64,000 nt of DNA from Lepidodermella squamata (lineage: Eukaryota; Animalia; Gastrotricha): the NCBI GenBank assembly GCA_047495785.1, contig JBLDXI010000009.1, positions 1,984,001 to 2,048,000 on the forward strand. Reading direction: 5' to 3'. Position 1 is the stretch's first letter. Every line of letters begins with the position of its first letter. The notes below the pieces were generated by a model. The model saw nothing but the letters and a program-made list of their open reading frames with translations, was not told the DNA's origin and searched no databases. A program made the position numbers and the translations under genes. Below, in pieces: positions 52,033-64,000 of the stretch.

Positions 52033-53169
52033 TCAACTAAATGTGGTAGTTTTGAGAAAATCGTCGACGACTTTAATAAATTCGTAAGGCTTTTCAGCGT
52101 GAACCCAGTGACCAGCGTCCTACGCGAAATCAAACAGCTTCAGCTTACACAATTGGAAGCATGAATACCTTTATAACGTGGAAAGACGCAAGTGGGAAAA
52201 GTTTCTTCGCAATTTTGTCGCGGTCAGGTACGCTATTAACAAACATTGCATCAAGCCCCGCTAACTTGGGTATCACTTACTCCATATGCTTGGATTTCTC
52301 GCCCTGAATAAACAGTACAGGTTTCACGAAAGGACCGTGTGTTATATCGGGGAATCTGACAGTTTCATCCAACGTTTCTTGAAGGACATCAAGATTACAA
52401 CGCCAGAATGCTCCACGTTCAGGGTTCCATTCCAAATTTGTAACAAGCCAGTTGCAAACCGCTGTGTCCTGTGTATTACTTTGTATTATTCATCGAACAA
52501 CGGCAGCAATTTCCTCATTCAAACTAACCACTATACTAGTGCGAAGTTGCGCCAATACGACTTTGCGAGCGTCTGAGATGGAATTCGCCTTCGATTTCAA
52601 ATCAACTGAGCGCATGGCCCTGAAAATGTCTCTTACGAAAGGAGCTCCTGGCGATTCGACCGGTGAAGGTAAGATATCAACAGCGATCACTCGGCTAACG
52701 AATTTAGACTACAAGAAAAGTATATCAGTGGCGCTATTTTCCCGTGTAAAAAATGGTATACATTTTTCAAAGCAGCCATCATCGCAACTTTTCCTCCAAC
52801 ACTATGGCCCATTATATCGACAAATCTGGAAGCTGGAAAAATTGTCTCAATAGTGTGCAGTACGTCTTCAGACATTGCGTCGTAGCTCATTCCTTCAGCA
52901 TGATGGCTATTTCCGTGATTACGAAGGTCGACTGTGACAACTGGTCGACCTTTCCGATTCAAGCTGCGTGCTATGGAATGCCAGTTTTGCTTCGATCCAA
53001 GTAAGCCATGGATAATTGCCAGAGGAGGTTGGTCGCAAGGAGCGTCATTTTTTAAAGGATATATTTCGTAGCTCAAAGTTAAGGGATTTGATACAGATCC
53101 GTAACTGAGAAAGCGCCTAAATGCGGCAGAGCCTTTAGCAGCTCTCAAATGCACGCAAAATGACTGCAT
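52033..53169 (-). CDS. ABHD11: ABHD11-like alpha/beta hydrolase, paralog A
   Basis: Contains HGLLGSKQNW, DLRNHGNS, GHSVGGK, AVDI and DAGHWVHAEKP, with a mitochondrial-type Arg/Ser N-terminus. Four introns. Confidence 0.88.
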
Positions 53170-53242
53170 GCAGTAAACAAAAATAAAATAAAAACCTAAG
53201 AAAACAGAAACAGATATAGGATAAACTATAGATAGATTTATT
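53170..53242 (-). promoter_or_regulatory. Putative intercistronic element: AATAAA (53242-53237) and acceptor AG (53197-53196)
   Basis: TTTCTGTTTTCTTAG acceptor lies 26 nt before the ABHD11-A ATG and 39 nt downstream of the presumed MAPKAPK2 poly(A) signal. Confidence 0.55.
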
Positions 53243-53615
53243 ACCGGGAAGTATGAAGCCCGAACTGAGAATCAGATAGGCTTAATGTAAACTGAGAATA
53301 TAAGACAACAGACATGAAAACAGTGAAGAAGTTCGGAATAATCACTATGTACAATTCACCATTGATCAATAAATTCAATTTGTCTCAGAAAACTAATTTA
53401 TATTTTAAGACTGAGTGCACTTCCGAATGAAAAAGACGAAGCGAGTTCTATCGTATCTGTAAACATTGCTATGCATTTAGCACATGCAAACTGCGTCGAT
53501 GAAAATTTCACTCGATCACTTTTATATAAATAAAAAGTAAGGTCCATCAGCGTCGCTTTCATATTACACAAAATTCAAAGCAGAAGACGAAATGCAAATC
53601 CAAGTAACACAGCTG

Positions 53616-54901
<1,286 letters not shown>

Positions 54902-55911
54902 GCTACGCACGAGATAAACGATAAACGTATAAGAAACTTTCTAAAACTGTTTTAAAATGACAAGTAACTTATCGCAATGTAAGTAATTATATTTCCGTGC
55001 TTCGAACTTGATGAATAAATTCAACGAAAAACTGTCTTAGTAGTAGATCTCGCCTGGTCATTTTCATAAGAAAAGTCGACAGCCAGACTATAGTGTAAGA
55101 GCGACTGGATGACGCAAATAAACGTATGAGAATGGTGGCTAGAATTATGGCGGCGCCCTTGCCATTCGCCTTGAGCCGGCCCTGAATAATTAAGCTGCTC
55201 CAAAGGTATTCATGTAGACTATCTCGGCCCTTATAGGTACAGAATTGGTAGGTACAGAAACTTCCTATAGACGGTTCCTACTGACCGAAATATGGCCCAA
55301 AATTGTGTCTTTACGCATCTTTATAATCCATGTCCGTTTCCTCGCTCTTCTCGCGTTTAGTTTATGACTGCGACAAGGTGGGGCAAGGTGGGCGCCGCCC
55401 CAGAGCGAAGAGCGAAGAATCTTTCTTAGCAAGGTTCTTAGATTTCGAATACCGTCAACTGATTGCAGTCGCTGAGTAAGAATGACTTAGTTTACCATTA
55501 CATTTACCATGACAGTGGAGAAAATGCTTGCTATTTGGCTAGGGCCACAGCAACCTGGAGCTACTTGAAAGTCGGACGTTTCTCAAGCCCGCGCACTTTG
55601 CCCTTTCCCAGACTTCGGCGCCACCAAAAAAAAAATAGCAATTTTAAAATCTTTTATCACACATTAACAAGCAATAAAAAATTTAAAATTCGTTTATTCG
55701 ACAATATTTGTATTTATTGTGTTTGAAAACCAAATGGATTAGTGGCGGGCAATTTTGATTTTTTCACAGGCGGCTGAACTACGATTTATTCCATCTCGAT
55801 AAGTCAGGAATCAATATCTAGCAACCCAAAGGTTTGTTAGATTGTTGGAACATTATCCGGTATAATGCGGTATAGTAATGCATAACACTGTGTTCCGGGC
55901 GTGTTGGAACG

Positions 55912-56325
55912 GTTCTATGACATACGGTCGATAAAAGCGCAAAAGACGGGTGCCGGAAAAAGGGTGCCGGACTTGAAAGCGAAAGACAATAGACTGCAGA
56001 ACGTGAGGGCGAACGGTCGAAGAGCGCAGACAGCAGAAAGAAGGGCACCAGGACAAAAGAGCCCAATTATTCCATAATTATCTTTTGACCCAGTTGGTCT
56101 TCGTTTGCCTTGCCTTAATGTAATGGTTACAATCATGATGACTGGGATTATAAGGTACTAACAAAGTATGATTAAACAAAATTGCTATGAAAGTGCTGAC
56201 AAACAGCTTAATTATACTTATTCGGCGCATTAATATCTCGATTTAGCGCCCTAATAACTTTGCGCTCTTCTGTCCGCCGCCCTTTTGTTTTTGGCCCTTA
56301 AGTAGTCGCCCTCATGTCCTACCAC
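55912..56325. mobile_element. Non-autonomous Mutator-like MITE, 414 bp
   Basis: The direct repeat GTGTTGGAACG flanks both ends (55901-55911 and 56326-56336). TIRs are degenerate (14/20 matches), and subterminal AAAGGGYRCC-type repeats on the left are mirrored by GCCCTTTT-type repeats on the right. Confidence 0.65.
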
Positions 56326-56728
56326 GTGTTGGAACGTGGACTTTTCTGATTTCTTTTCATGCTGTTTTACGATGCAGAAATGCTAAAAGGATTCTCCAGC
56401 TTGCGAATGAATAAATATAATGCATTTTGCTTATAATCAGCTGTCAAATCTTTAACAGCGTATTCGATATGTGTAAAGAAAATTTGCGTTATAGGGCTAA
56501 CGAGCGAAGTAAAGAGAAAGAAAAATGCCGTAAATTACTATAATACACCTATTACTACTATTTGTCGCATGACTGCCTGGATAATAATCTCTCAACTGCA
56601 TCCTACCACAGTTAGAGTTTATTGTTATTATTCAATTTGAAGTCTATCTCTTGAAGTGTCTTGATTTACGTACATATTATTATTGGTTGTTCAAAGTAGG
56701 TTGGTATTGTTATATCAGTTTGAAGAAA

Positions 56729-58055
56729 ATGATTTTAGCACCTGAACGATTTATTTTCCACTGCGCAAGATATCTTTCCAATGGAGACCGTCATTTCGGG
56801 TCAGTTATCATCACCTTCCGCGGTCTCTGAGTCATGCTATCTATAGCTTTGTCGTTACAGGGCAAACTTCATGTCGCTAAAAAATAACTCGTCATTGCAA
56901 AACAAGAAGAACGTGATGTTAATTGAAGGAAAAGCAAGCATTGAGACTTGCTTGAAAGCCGGATTAATACCGCGGAATGTTTATTATACTAGCGATAACA
57001 GAAAATATGTTGATTCAGTTCTACTAAATATTCCTGAGAAAGAAAAACGTTCAATTGTGCTGAAAGTTGTTTCTCCTGCGAAGATGTGCGAACATTCGAA
57101 GCTAACCACACCTCCAGGAGTATTAGGTAATTTGGAAATAACATAAGAATTTACATCAATCTGCGAAAATAATTGAAGCATTGTTTAGCAGACCAGATAA
57201 CGAATCGTTCCAACCACTCCTTCGAAACCCAATATATCCTATATATTTGATATTGGACAACGTTCGAAATCCGGATAATATGGGAGCCATTATTCGTTCG
57301 GCGGCTGCTGCTGGATGTGCCGAAGTCATCTGTTCCACTGGTTTGAGACTTGCGTAGAATTCTACTGTATGATTTTCACTTGGACAAGAGCCGGTATTGC
57401 ATTTCTTGTCAGCCACTGGTGCAAAAGTTATCTCCTCACTTGATTACTCCTAGAATTAAAAGCGGCTGATATCTTGCGATGGCCAATGTTGACATAGTTA
57501 AGCCATACCTATTTACCTATTTATTTATTACTGATAATCCAATCGTATTACTTGATCTATCTACTAACCAAACTTTACTCTGCTTACTCTAGGCTGTGTC
57601 AGTCCCTGGAACGACAAAGTTGTTCGAACCAGCATGTTGGCCAACTTGTATATAAAAATCGTGACATCTTCGCCATGGGCCGCTACAATTAAGCGTTTAC
57701 CGGAATCGTGTGGAGTTCTTTTGGCTCATTCTAACGTTTGTTTTAACGAGCTTTGGCGATCATTTTGCTAATCGTGCATTCTTTTCTACAGCGAGATGAC
57801 GGTGCGCTAAGTACAAACACTCCGGGTAATTTCGCAACAACGTTCCCGAAGGGCGTTGCAGTTATTCTTTGCAATGAAGCCATCGGGCCTAGCGATGACG
57901 CCTTACAATTCTGCGGTCAAGTCGGAGCTAAAAATATTCATATTCCGATGAGCAGACCAATCGATTCGCTCAACGTTGCAGTTGCTGCTGGTATTGTGAT
58001 GTTTAGGCTGTCGCAAGACTACGCAAACGTTGTAAAACGGGTAAACCCGGAATGA
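56729..58055 (+). CDS. MRM3: Mitochondrial rRNA methyltransferase 3 (SpoU family)
   Basis: Contains LIEGK, TTPPGVLA, LILDNVRNPDNMGAIIRSAAAAG, PWNDKVVR, NEAIG and IPM...DSLNVAVAAGIVMF. Confidence 0.82.
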
Positions 58056-58155
58056 AATACATTTAACAATAAAAATATGAGTGAAACTGCTGTTCTTTTT
58101 ATTTCCTCTCAATCTTCAATGATCACGACATAAAGGCTCAACTATAGATTTAAAG

Positions 58156-58546
58156 TTAATCGAAGAGACCACCCATGCCACCGTCCATTTCATCCTCTTC
58201 CTCTTCTTTCTTTTCTTCCTTCTTTTTTTCTTCTTTCGCGGCAGCCTTTGGCGCCTCGGCGGCAGCGGCTGGCGCAGCTGCTGCAGCACCACCTGATGGG
58301 ATGACGGCGAGTTTTTCTTTGCCTGGAAGAAAATATTGATCAACCTCTAGTTAGTTCATTGCAACTCATCTCACCCTTAGCAATAAGTTCTTCGAGGCTT
58401 TTGCCGTTGAGCAGTTCGATAACTTTCTTGACCTTATCGGCTTCAGCTTGAATGCCAACAGAGCTAAGGATCTTCTCAATGTCTTTCGCGGATGGGCTCT
58501 TGTTGCCTCCCATAACAGCGAGCATGTAAGCAGCAACGTACTTCAT
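58156..58546 (-). CDS. RPLP2: 60S acidic ribosomal protein P2
   Basis: MKYVAAYMLAVMGGN...ELIAKG, an Ala-rich hinge and the C-terminus EEDEMDGGMGGLFD. Confidence 0.96.
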
Positions 58547-60102
58547 GGTTCCGCTTCAACAATTAACTTGCCTACTGAATATAATATATTTTTAGGCAAA
58601 TGCAGCGTTGTTGAAATCAAGTAATCACAGAACCCCGTCATTAACGACGAACAAGCAAATTTTATGAAAGAAACATAGAAAACGGCCAAAATTAAGAAGA
58701 AACCCATTAATCATTTATCTCTTGATCTCATTGATTCAAAGAAACCTGTCAGATATGAACTGATAGCATTTAGTAGCCAAATTAAATTCAAAATCATTGA
58801 TGCTTCTAAAAAATCGGCTATGTATAGAGCTATGATTTGCCCGTTTAAATGTCTGTGATCAAAAGCAACTCCAGTTCATTTCAAGATGCAGCGTGGTAAA
58901 AAAGATACAATGAGGTTAAAGTAGTAACTGAGTATTATTTTAGAGGAAAGAGGTGAAGACTCCCAGAGGAACTTTCGATGACCGCAATAACTGAAAACCT
59001 AAATGGCGTAATCTTGCGCTCGATCCTAATAATGCAATAAATAGCATAATATACAATATAAAAATGCCGATAGTCCTACAGATGTAAATTCTTTTGCAAC
59101 AGGAGATATCATTGTAAAGAAAGAAAGAAGAAAGATAAGAAGCAGTGAAATTTTCGATGATCCGAATGATCGGACTGGAAGAAATAACATTGGTAGCATA
59201 AAACATCAACTTAGGTATCTAAACTTCAAACAACGAGGGGGCATTCAAGTTGCGCAAACGTTAATAGGATAAGCTTAAACGCGTCAGCCCGCGGTGGTAG
59301 GACAAAATTGAGATTAATTTGCCCATAATTGATCACGGTTATCATGTTCGGCGGAGTTTTGATGAAACCGCGAATGGAAAAATTAAAGAATGCTCTCATG
59401 CCCGGGCAGCATAGAGGGAAATGCATGCCAGAAAAGAAGAGTAGCGCAGGATGTTCAACGTAGAGCTTGTTTCTTGACACGATAGGTCGCCGAATTCAAG
59501 GTTCCTTCACGACACATTTCGCACCCTCGCACCGCGCACTCGTGGCTAATAATCCTTGACATAAGATACTGATTGTTATTTTTAAATTATTTAAATATTT
59601 TTTAAACGGGGTTTCATTCTAGTTTTATTATAGCGCGCCAAATTTAAAATCTTAGGTTATCTAAGGCTATCTCAGCAGCTGACAGAAAATCGAATTTGTA
59701 AATCGAAAACCTGTGTTCTCTCGACGGGATTCTGTCACCGAGATTTTGCTGTCCACCTCAGAGATCTGGCTCTAAACAGGAAATGGTGGCGTGACTCGTG
59801 GCTGTAAGGTTGGCCTTGATAAAAGAATATCTACCTCCGTTGTAGAAGCAGCAACACTGAATGGCACTCATCATCATCATCATCATCATCATATTGACAC
59901 GCTTTGCGACATTTTGACTTGTCAACGGCCTTGTTCTGAGTTCTGAGTTTTGAGTCATTCTAAAACTATGCTTTTAATTAGCTCACCCCTTACCTGCAGT
60001 CGCCAGTGGTCTACGGGTTGAAGAATCTTTATCGGCAACAACCGTTTTTGTCCATATACCCGATGTCATAGAAATACGAATGGTTTTTTAGCTTCGATCT
60101 CA

Positions 60103-60196
60103 TACATCGTGTGATCATTTGAGCTTTTCAAAAAAAAATTACATGCAATTTGATCGGAGAAAAAAGATTAGAACGCTCAAATGATCACACGATGTA
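60103..60196. repeat. Perfect 22-bp inverted repeat with a 50-nt spacer
   Basis: TACATCGTGTGATCATTTGAGC (60103-60124) pairs with GCTCAAATGATCACACGATGTA (60175-60196). Confidence 0.8.
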
Positions 60197-61445
60197 CTCA
60201 ACTACTCTCATCAGGTAAATGAGTTATCATATTTGCTCTCCGCTGTGTACAGGTATTTGTGGAGGACCAATCACTTATGCCCCGACCCATCCTCTGTGCG
60301 TGTCGTAGATTTTTCTTTTACCTGCATGCAGTGCTCCAAAAAGTGGTTTTCTGTCTCGTAACCGGTCAGACAATTTTAGAAACTGTCTCTTGCCTTCCAT
60401 TACAAAAACATGACATGGCTGTCATTTTGACTCCTTACTCGCGTAGATTACAGGCAATTTGAATGGGCAAAAAGATTTTTCCTACAAAAAAATAGGATCT
60501 AAATGGCCCAGCGACCCCCCAACAATCAAAATACGTGAGATTAGCGAGACAAATCGCAGGAAACTCATCAAACTTGTTACCCTATCAGCTGAGCCGCTGA
60601 ATCTGTCTCGTAATTTAATTACTATATTACCGTCTTTTTGGAGCTCTGCCTGCATGCATACTACTCTGTTAAAACATCGACGGGACACCCAAAATTCTCG
60701 TTCGTTTGTCAAGTGAGGATCAAGTGAGGGTGACGCTATCTTTCTTATCTTTCATCTTAATTTTATCTGCCTGAATTTTATCTCTTTTGATGTTGAAATT
60801 AAAGAAGTAAATTAAATCTCGCGTCTATTTCAAACTATCAACTCACGGCTTTCCAATCAGTATCGTCCATTTCGGAGTTGAGAAAAATTCATAGATACCG
60901 TCCAGCACGAATTTAAAACCATGACTATTTTGGAATGCTGGAGCCCGCGACAAAAGTTTACGGGCTCACGGAGAAACGTTCAGAAAGGAGGGTCGTAAAA
61001 TTCAAATACCCCTACTCTGACTTTAATTCGAGGCTCACATTAGTTTCGGGCTGTACGGTAACCTATTGCCTGACTACAGGAAGAAAAACTCGGGATTTTA
61101 CAAATGTAAAAATTTAATTGTGTTACCTGCTACGTTTGAAACAATTCGCAAGCATAATATCTACCTATTTTGCTTCGTATAAGAAATGGCTGCCAATTTT
61201 TTAACTGTGTACGTACTGTGATCTTACTACTTCCTTGCCACAGATTCCACGTGACAACAAATTCCATTTTGGATATTGATGATAAAAATAGGCAATTCTT
61301 ATTTTATATTCAAATCAAAGCTCAAAAAGTTCCCACATAGTTGGTCATTTTAATTTCTTAAATGTGTTCCCTCAACAACGCATCGGATTCCTTAATTTCC
61401 AGTTTTGCTGTTTAGGGTGTTATAGTAACAGTTTAATAAGTCAAA

Positions 61446-63393
61446 ATGGATAAAAGCTCGGCTACATCTACTCACTGCGAGGCAAGTTACATAAACATGT
61501 AATTTTTTAATTGGGCGTAATGGAAGCTGCTTTTTGCATTTTCGCCGATAACATGAACCGGTCACCGGTCACAACAGTCTTAACCGGCACTTATCGGATT
61601 TTATCAGCAACGCTGCTTTGATGGGAATGCACTTGCATTTTGTTATCAGTCTTACTATAATTTTGATTTGGTTTTATCGTATGTTTTATTTAGTCTGCGC
61701 CCACAAGTGAGGAGGTTCTTGTCATCGCTAGTGCTTTTGCCGATTTAGTATCAGAAACGAAGTTGGAAAGTGTCGATATGGATGGAATGCCAAGGTAAAA
61801 AAATCCAGAAATTATTTAATTTCGAAATTGAATGATTTTACAGGCCTCGATTTGCCGAACCCACCCCTGTGCCCCTACGGGGCGAATCCGGTGTGACTAT
61901 TCGCTCGACGCAAGATGCTCGAAAAGACCCGGTTTTCGAGCAAAGTAAGCCAGTTGAAGCAAGAAGGCGCAATTATGCACCGAAGCTTTATGCCGATGCC
62001 GCGACGGATACCCAGGATCAAGCTGATATCTCGAGTCAAAAGCCAGTGCATACCGAGGAGCCCGTTGTGCCTCTAACAACGGAAGCCCAAAACACATTTC
62101 CGCAAATTAACGGTAGCCGTCATGTAATTGTCGAGAATATTCTGGCGAGCGACGAGCACCCTGTTAACTCGGGACCTGTTGAGGCGATAATCGAGACCGC
62201 TAAAGCAATGCCCGCCGTTCAAGTTCGTAAGGTCGAGGACTGGCGAGAAAAAGCACGCGCGATCGCTACCCGCATCAACCAACAAATCGATCATGAAAAA
62301 CCAACAGCCGAGGAAGCGAAGCCACAACTCGTGGAAGACACGATTCGCAACCGAATCAAACGAACCGTTGTCCAGAAGCCTATTGAAGAATCTTCGGTGC
62401 CTGACTTTGTTCGCAAAGCTAGAGCGATGTCTCAAACTGCTGCTTCGAAAATTGCTCAAAATGGCAACTTGATTGAATCACACCCGCCTAAGTAAGATAT
62501 TGTCATTATAGTTGAAATTTACAATTTTGTTATTTTAAATCAGGGTTGTCGACAGGCCCGTTGAAAATGTTGCCCACGAGGTCATCGAATTCCCTAGCTT
62601 TGCCACAAACGGGCATGTTAACGAAAACCTTGTTCAAGGAAGCGCGGAAGCTGCAATCGAACCTGCCATTACAGTTGCTGCAGGTGTTACGGTTTCTGCT
62701 GCGCCTTCTATTCCTCCTCAAGCAATAGAGGAGCGGCCAAAGTCGACATCAACGGAGTCGTCTGAATTGAGCAGCCATCAAGATTCGGCTGTTGAAAACC
62801 ATCCAGAAGACGAGGAAAATTCTGGTAGCGAAAAGTTGAAGCACGAATGGATGATGCGTGCCGCCAAGATTAAGGCAGCTATTCCGAGCATGCTGGACGA
62901 GAAAACTGAATTGAAGCGCGAAGCTATGGCGCTGATTCGAGAGCAACACAAGCAAAGCCGTAGCTTGGTTTCTCAACTGGCGAAGACACCAACTCAAAAA
63001 ACGGTCCAAGCTTCCATCCAACAAAAACGAAACGCTTACAAGCAATTCGCCGCTGCACCCTCACAAGTTCGCGATACCTGGTTGCCTAAGCCTGAACCAA
63101 TTGGTAAGATATTTAATTAATTTTGGTCGACCCCATCTAAAGTTTTCCCGTACAGAGAGCGGTTTTGACGTTGTTCCGAAGAATCGCAGTGGTTCCTCTG
63201 CATCTTCATCCCCTGATGGTTCTCAGGTCTTCCGTTCAAAATGTAAGACATGACAAAACATTGATCGCTCATGCTTATTTTTTTCTTGATAGCAAATGTG
63301 TCTCAGCAAGAAAACGGCTACGACAAGGCTCGTTCCGGACTTTTGGATGAGCACCGAAACCAAAACGTCTTAAACGGAGCCGAGAACCACTGA
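61446..63393 (+). CDS. Uncharacterised, largely disordered protein
   Basis: Six exons join in frame with plausible splice sites (first intron GC-AG), incorporating ORFs 61869-62495 and 62767-63120, with stop TGA at 63391-63393. No domain was recognised. Confidence 0.65.
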
Positions 63394-64000
63394 TTCCATT
63401 CGAGGTTACCGGGATTCAAAGCTAAATCCGATTTATGTTAGGCTCTACATCTATTGTGACAACATTATTTCGGATTTGAGAATGAAGCCCGATTCTAATA
63501 ATATCTTTGTTGTGATTTATGTTATTTTAACATGCTTATTTTAAACAATATTCGTCCGTTCACTGCGCTGCTTGCTCTTAATTTTCACTTTTGGGCTGCT
63601 CATTAGCCAGCTTTTTCTTTGTTAAACCGACGCGGAATAAAAATGTCAAATTTGACTTGTTGTCAATTGGATTGTTGGTATCTTTTTCAGTAAACCTAAA
63701 GGCTGGCTCCATTTCCCGCCTTGAAAATTGACATTGGTTAATCAATCATGCGAATCAATTTTTGCCCTGATCAAATTTGAGCATTTTTATCTCGAAATTC
63801 TCCACAGCCTTACCCAAACATATGCACATTAGCCCTTTAAGCGAACTGGAATAGTATGACAAAAATTTCTTCTTGCAGGCTATTCAAATGTAGCTCACTC
63901 ACATAGCCCAGATCACCCCACTTGGGCATGTCAAAGCAACCCCATTTTACTGTTCGCAAATGCTCACTATAAAGCTTGGGCGTGGCACGCCACAGAGCGA

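Noticed and set aside
55370-55625. GC-rich ends resembling the hAT MITE termini
   Set aside because: No TSD or clear TIR pair could be defined; at most an old relic.

Overview
This is gene-dense eukaryotic (metazoan, probably spiralian; inference) genomic DNA with mostly very short introns (~45-60 nt), so the ORF track fragments nearly every gene. Splicing by eye gives 21 protein-coding genes: a matrin-type zinc-finger gene (cut by the window edge), an inversin/ANKRD55-like ankyrin protein, APPBP2, PTRH2, RUSF1, SH2B/Lnk, a MOLO-1-like TPM membrane protein, a NEK-like pseudokinase, a divergent non-alpha Cys-loop receptor subunit, UTP3, LRRC74, a MIF-like protein, CDC45, a CDK1/2-type kinase, VKORC1, trichoplein, two tandem ABHD11 paralogs, MAPKAPK2, MRM3 and RPLP2, plus one unrecognised, disordered-looking protein. 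Repeats include a hAT-type MITE with an 8-bp TSD, a Mutator-like MITE with an 11-bp TSD, a LINE RT relic and a tRNA-Glu-derived intronic element. The strongest unexplained signal is operon-like organisation. Co-directional genes are separated by as little as 77-90 nt, each downstream gene has a splice-acceptor-like AG just before its ATG, and at three junctions a poly(A) signal lies 39-40 nt upstream of that AG. This suggests polycistronic transcription resolved by spliced-leader trans-splicing. The second-best lead is a MOLO-1-like receptor auxiliary subunit gene lying close to an orphan Cys-loop channel gene. All gene models and names come from motif recognition only, with no database searches, and some start codons are uncertain.
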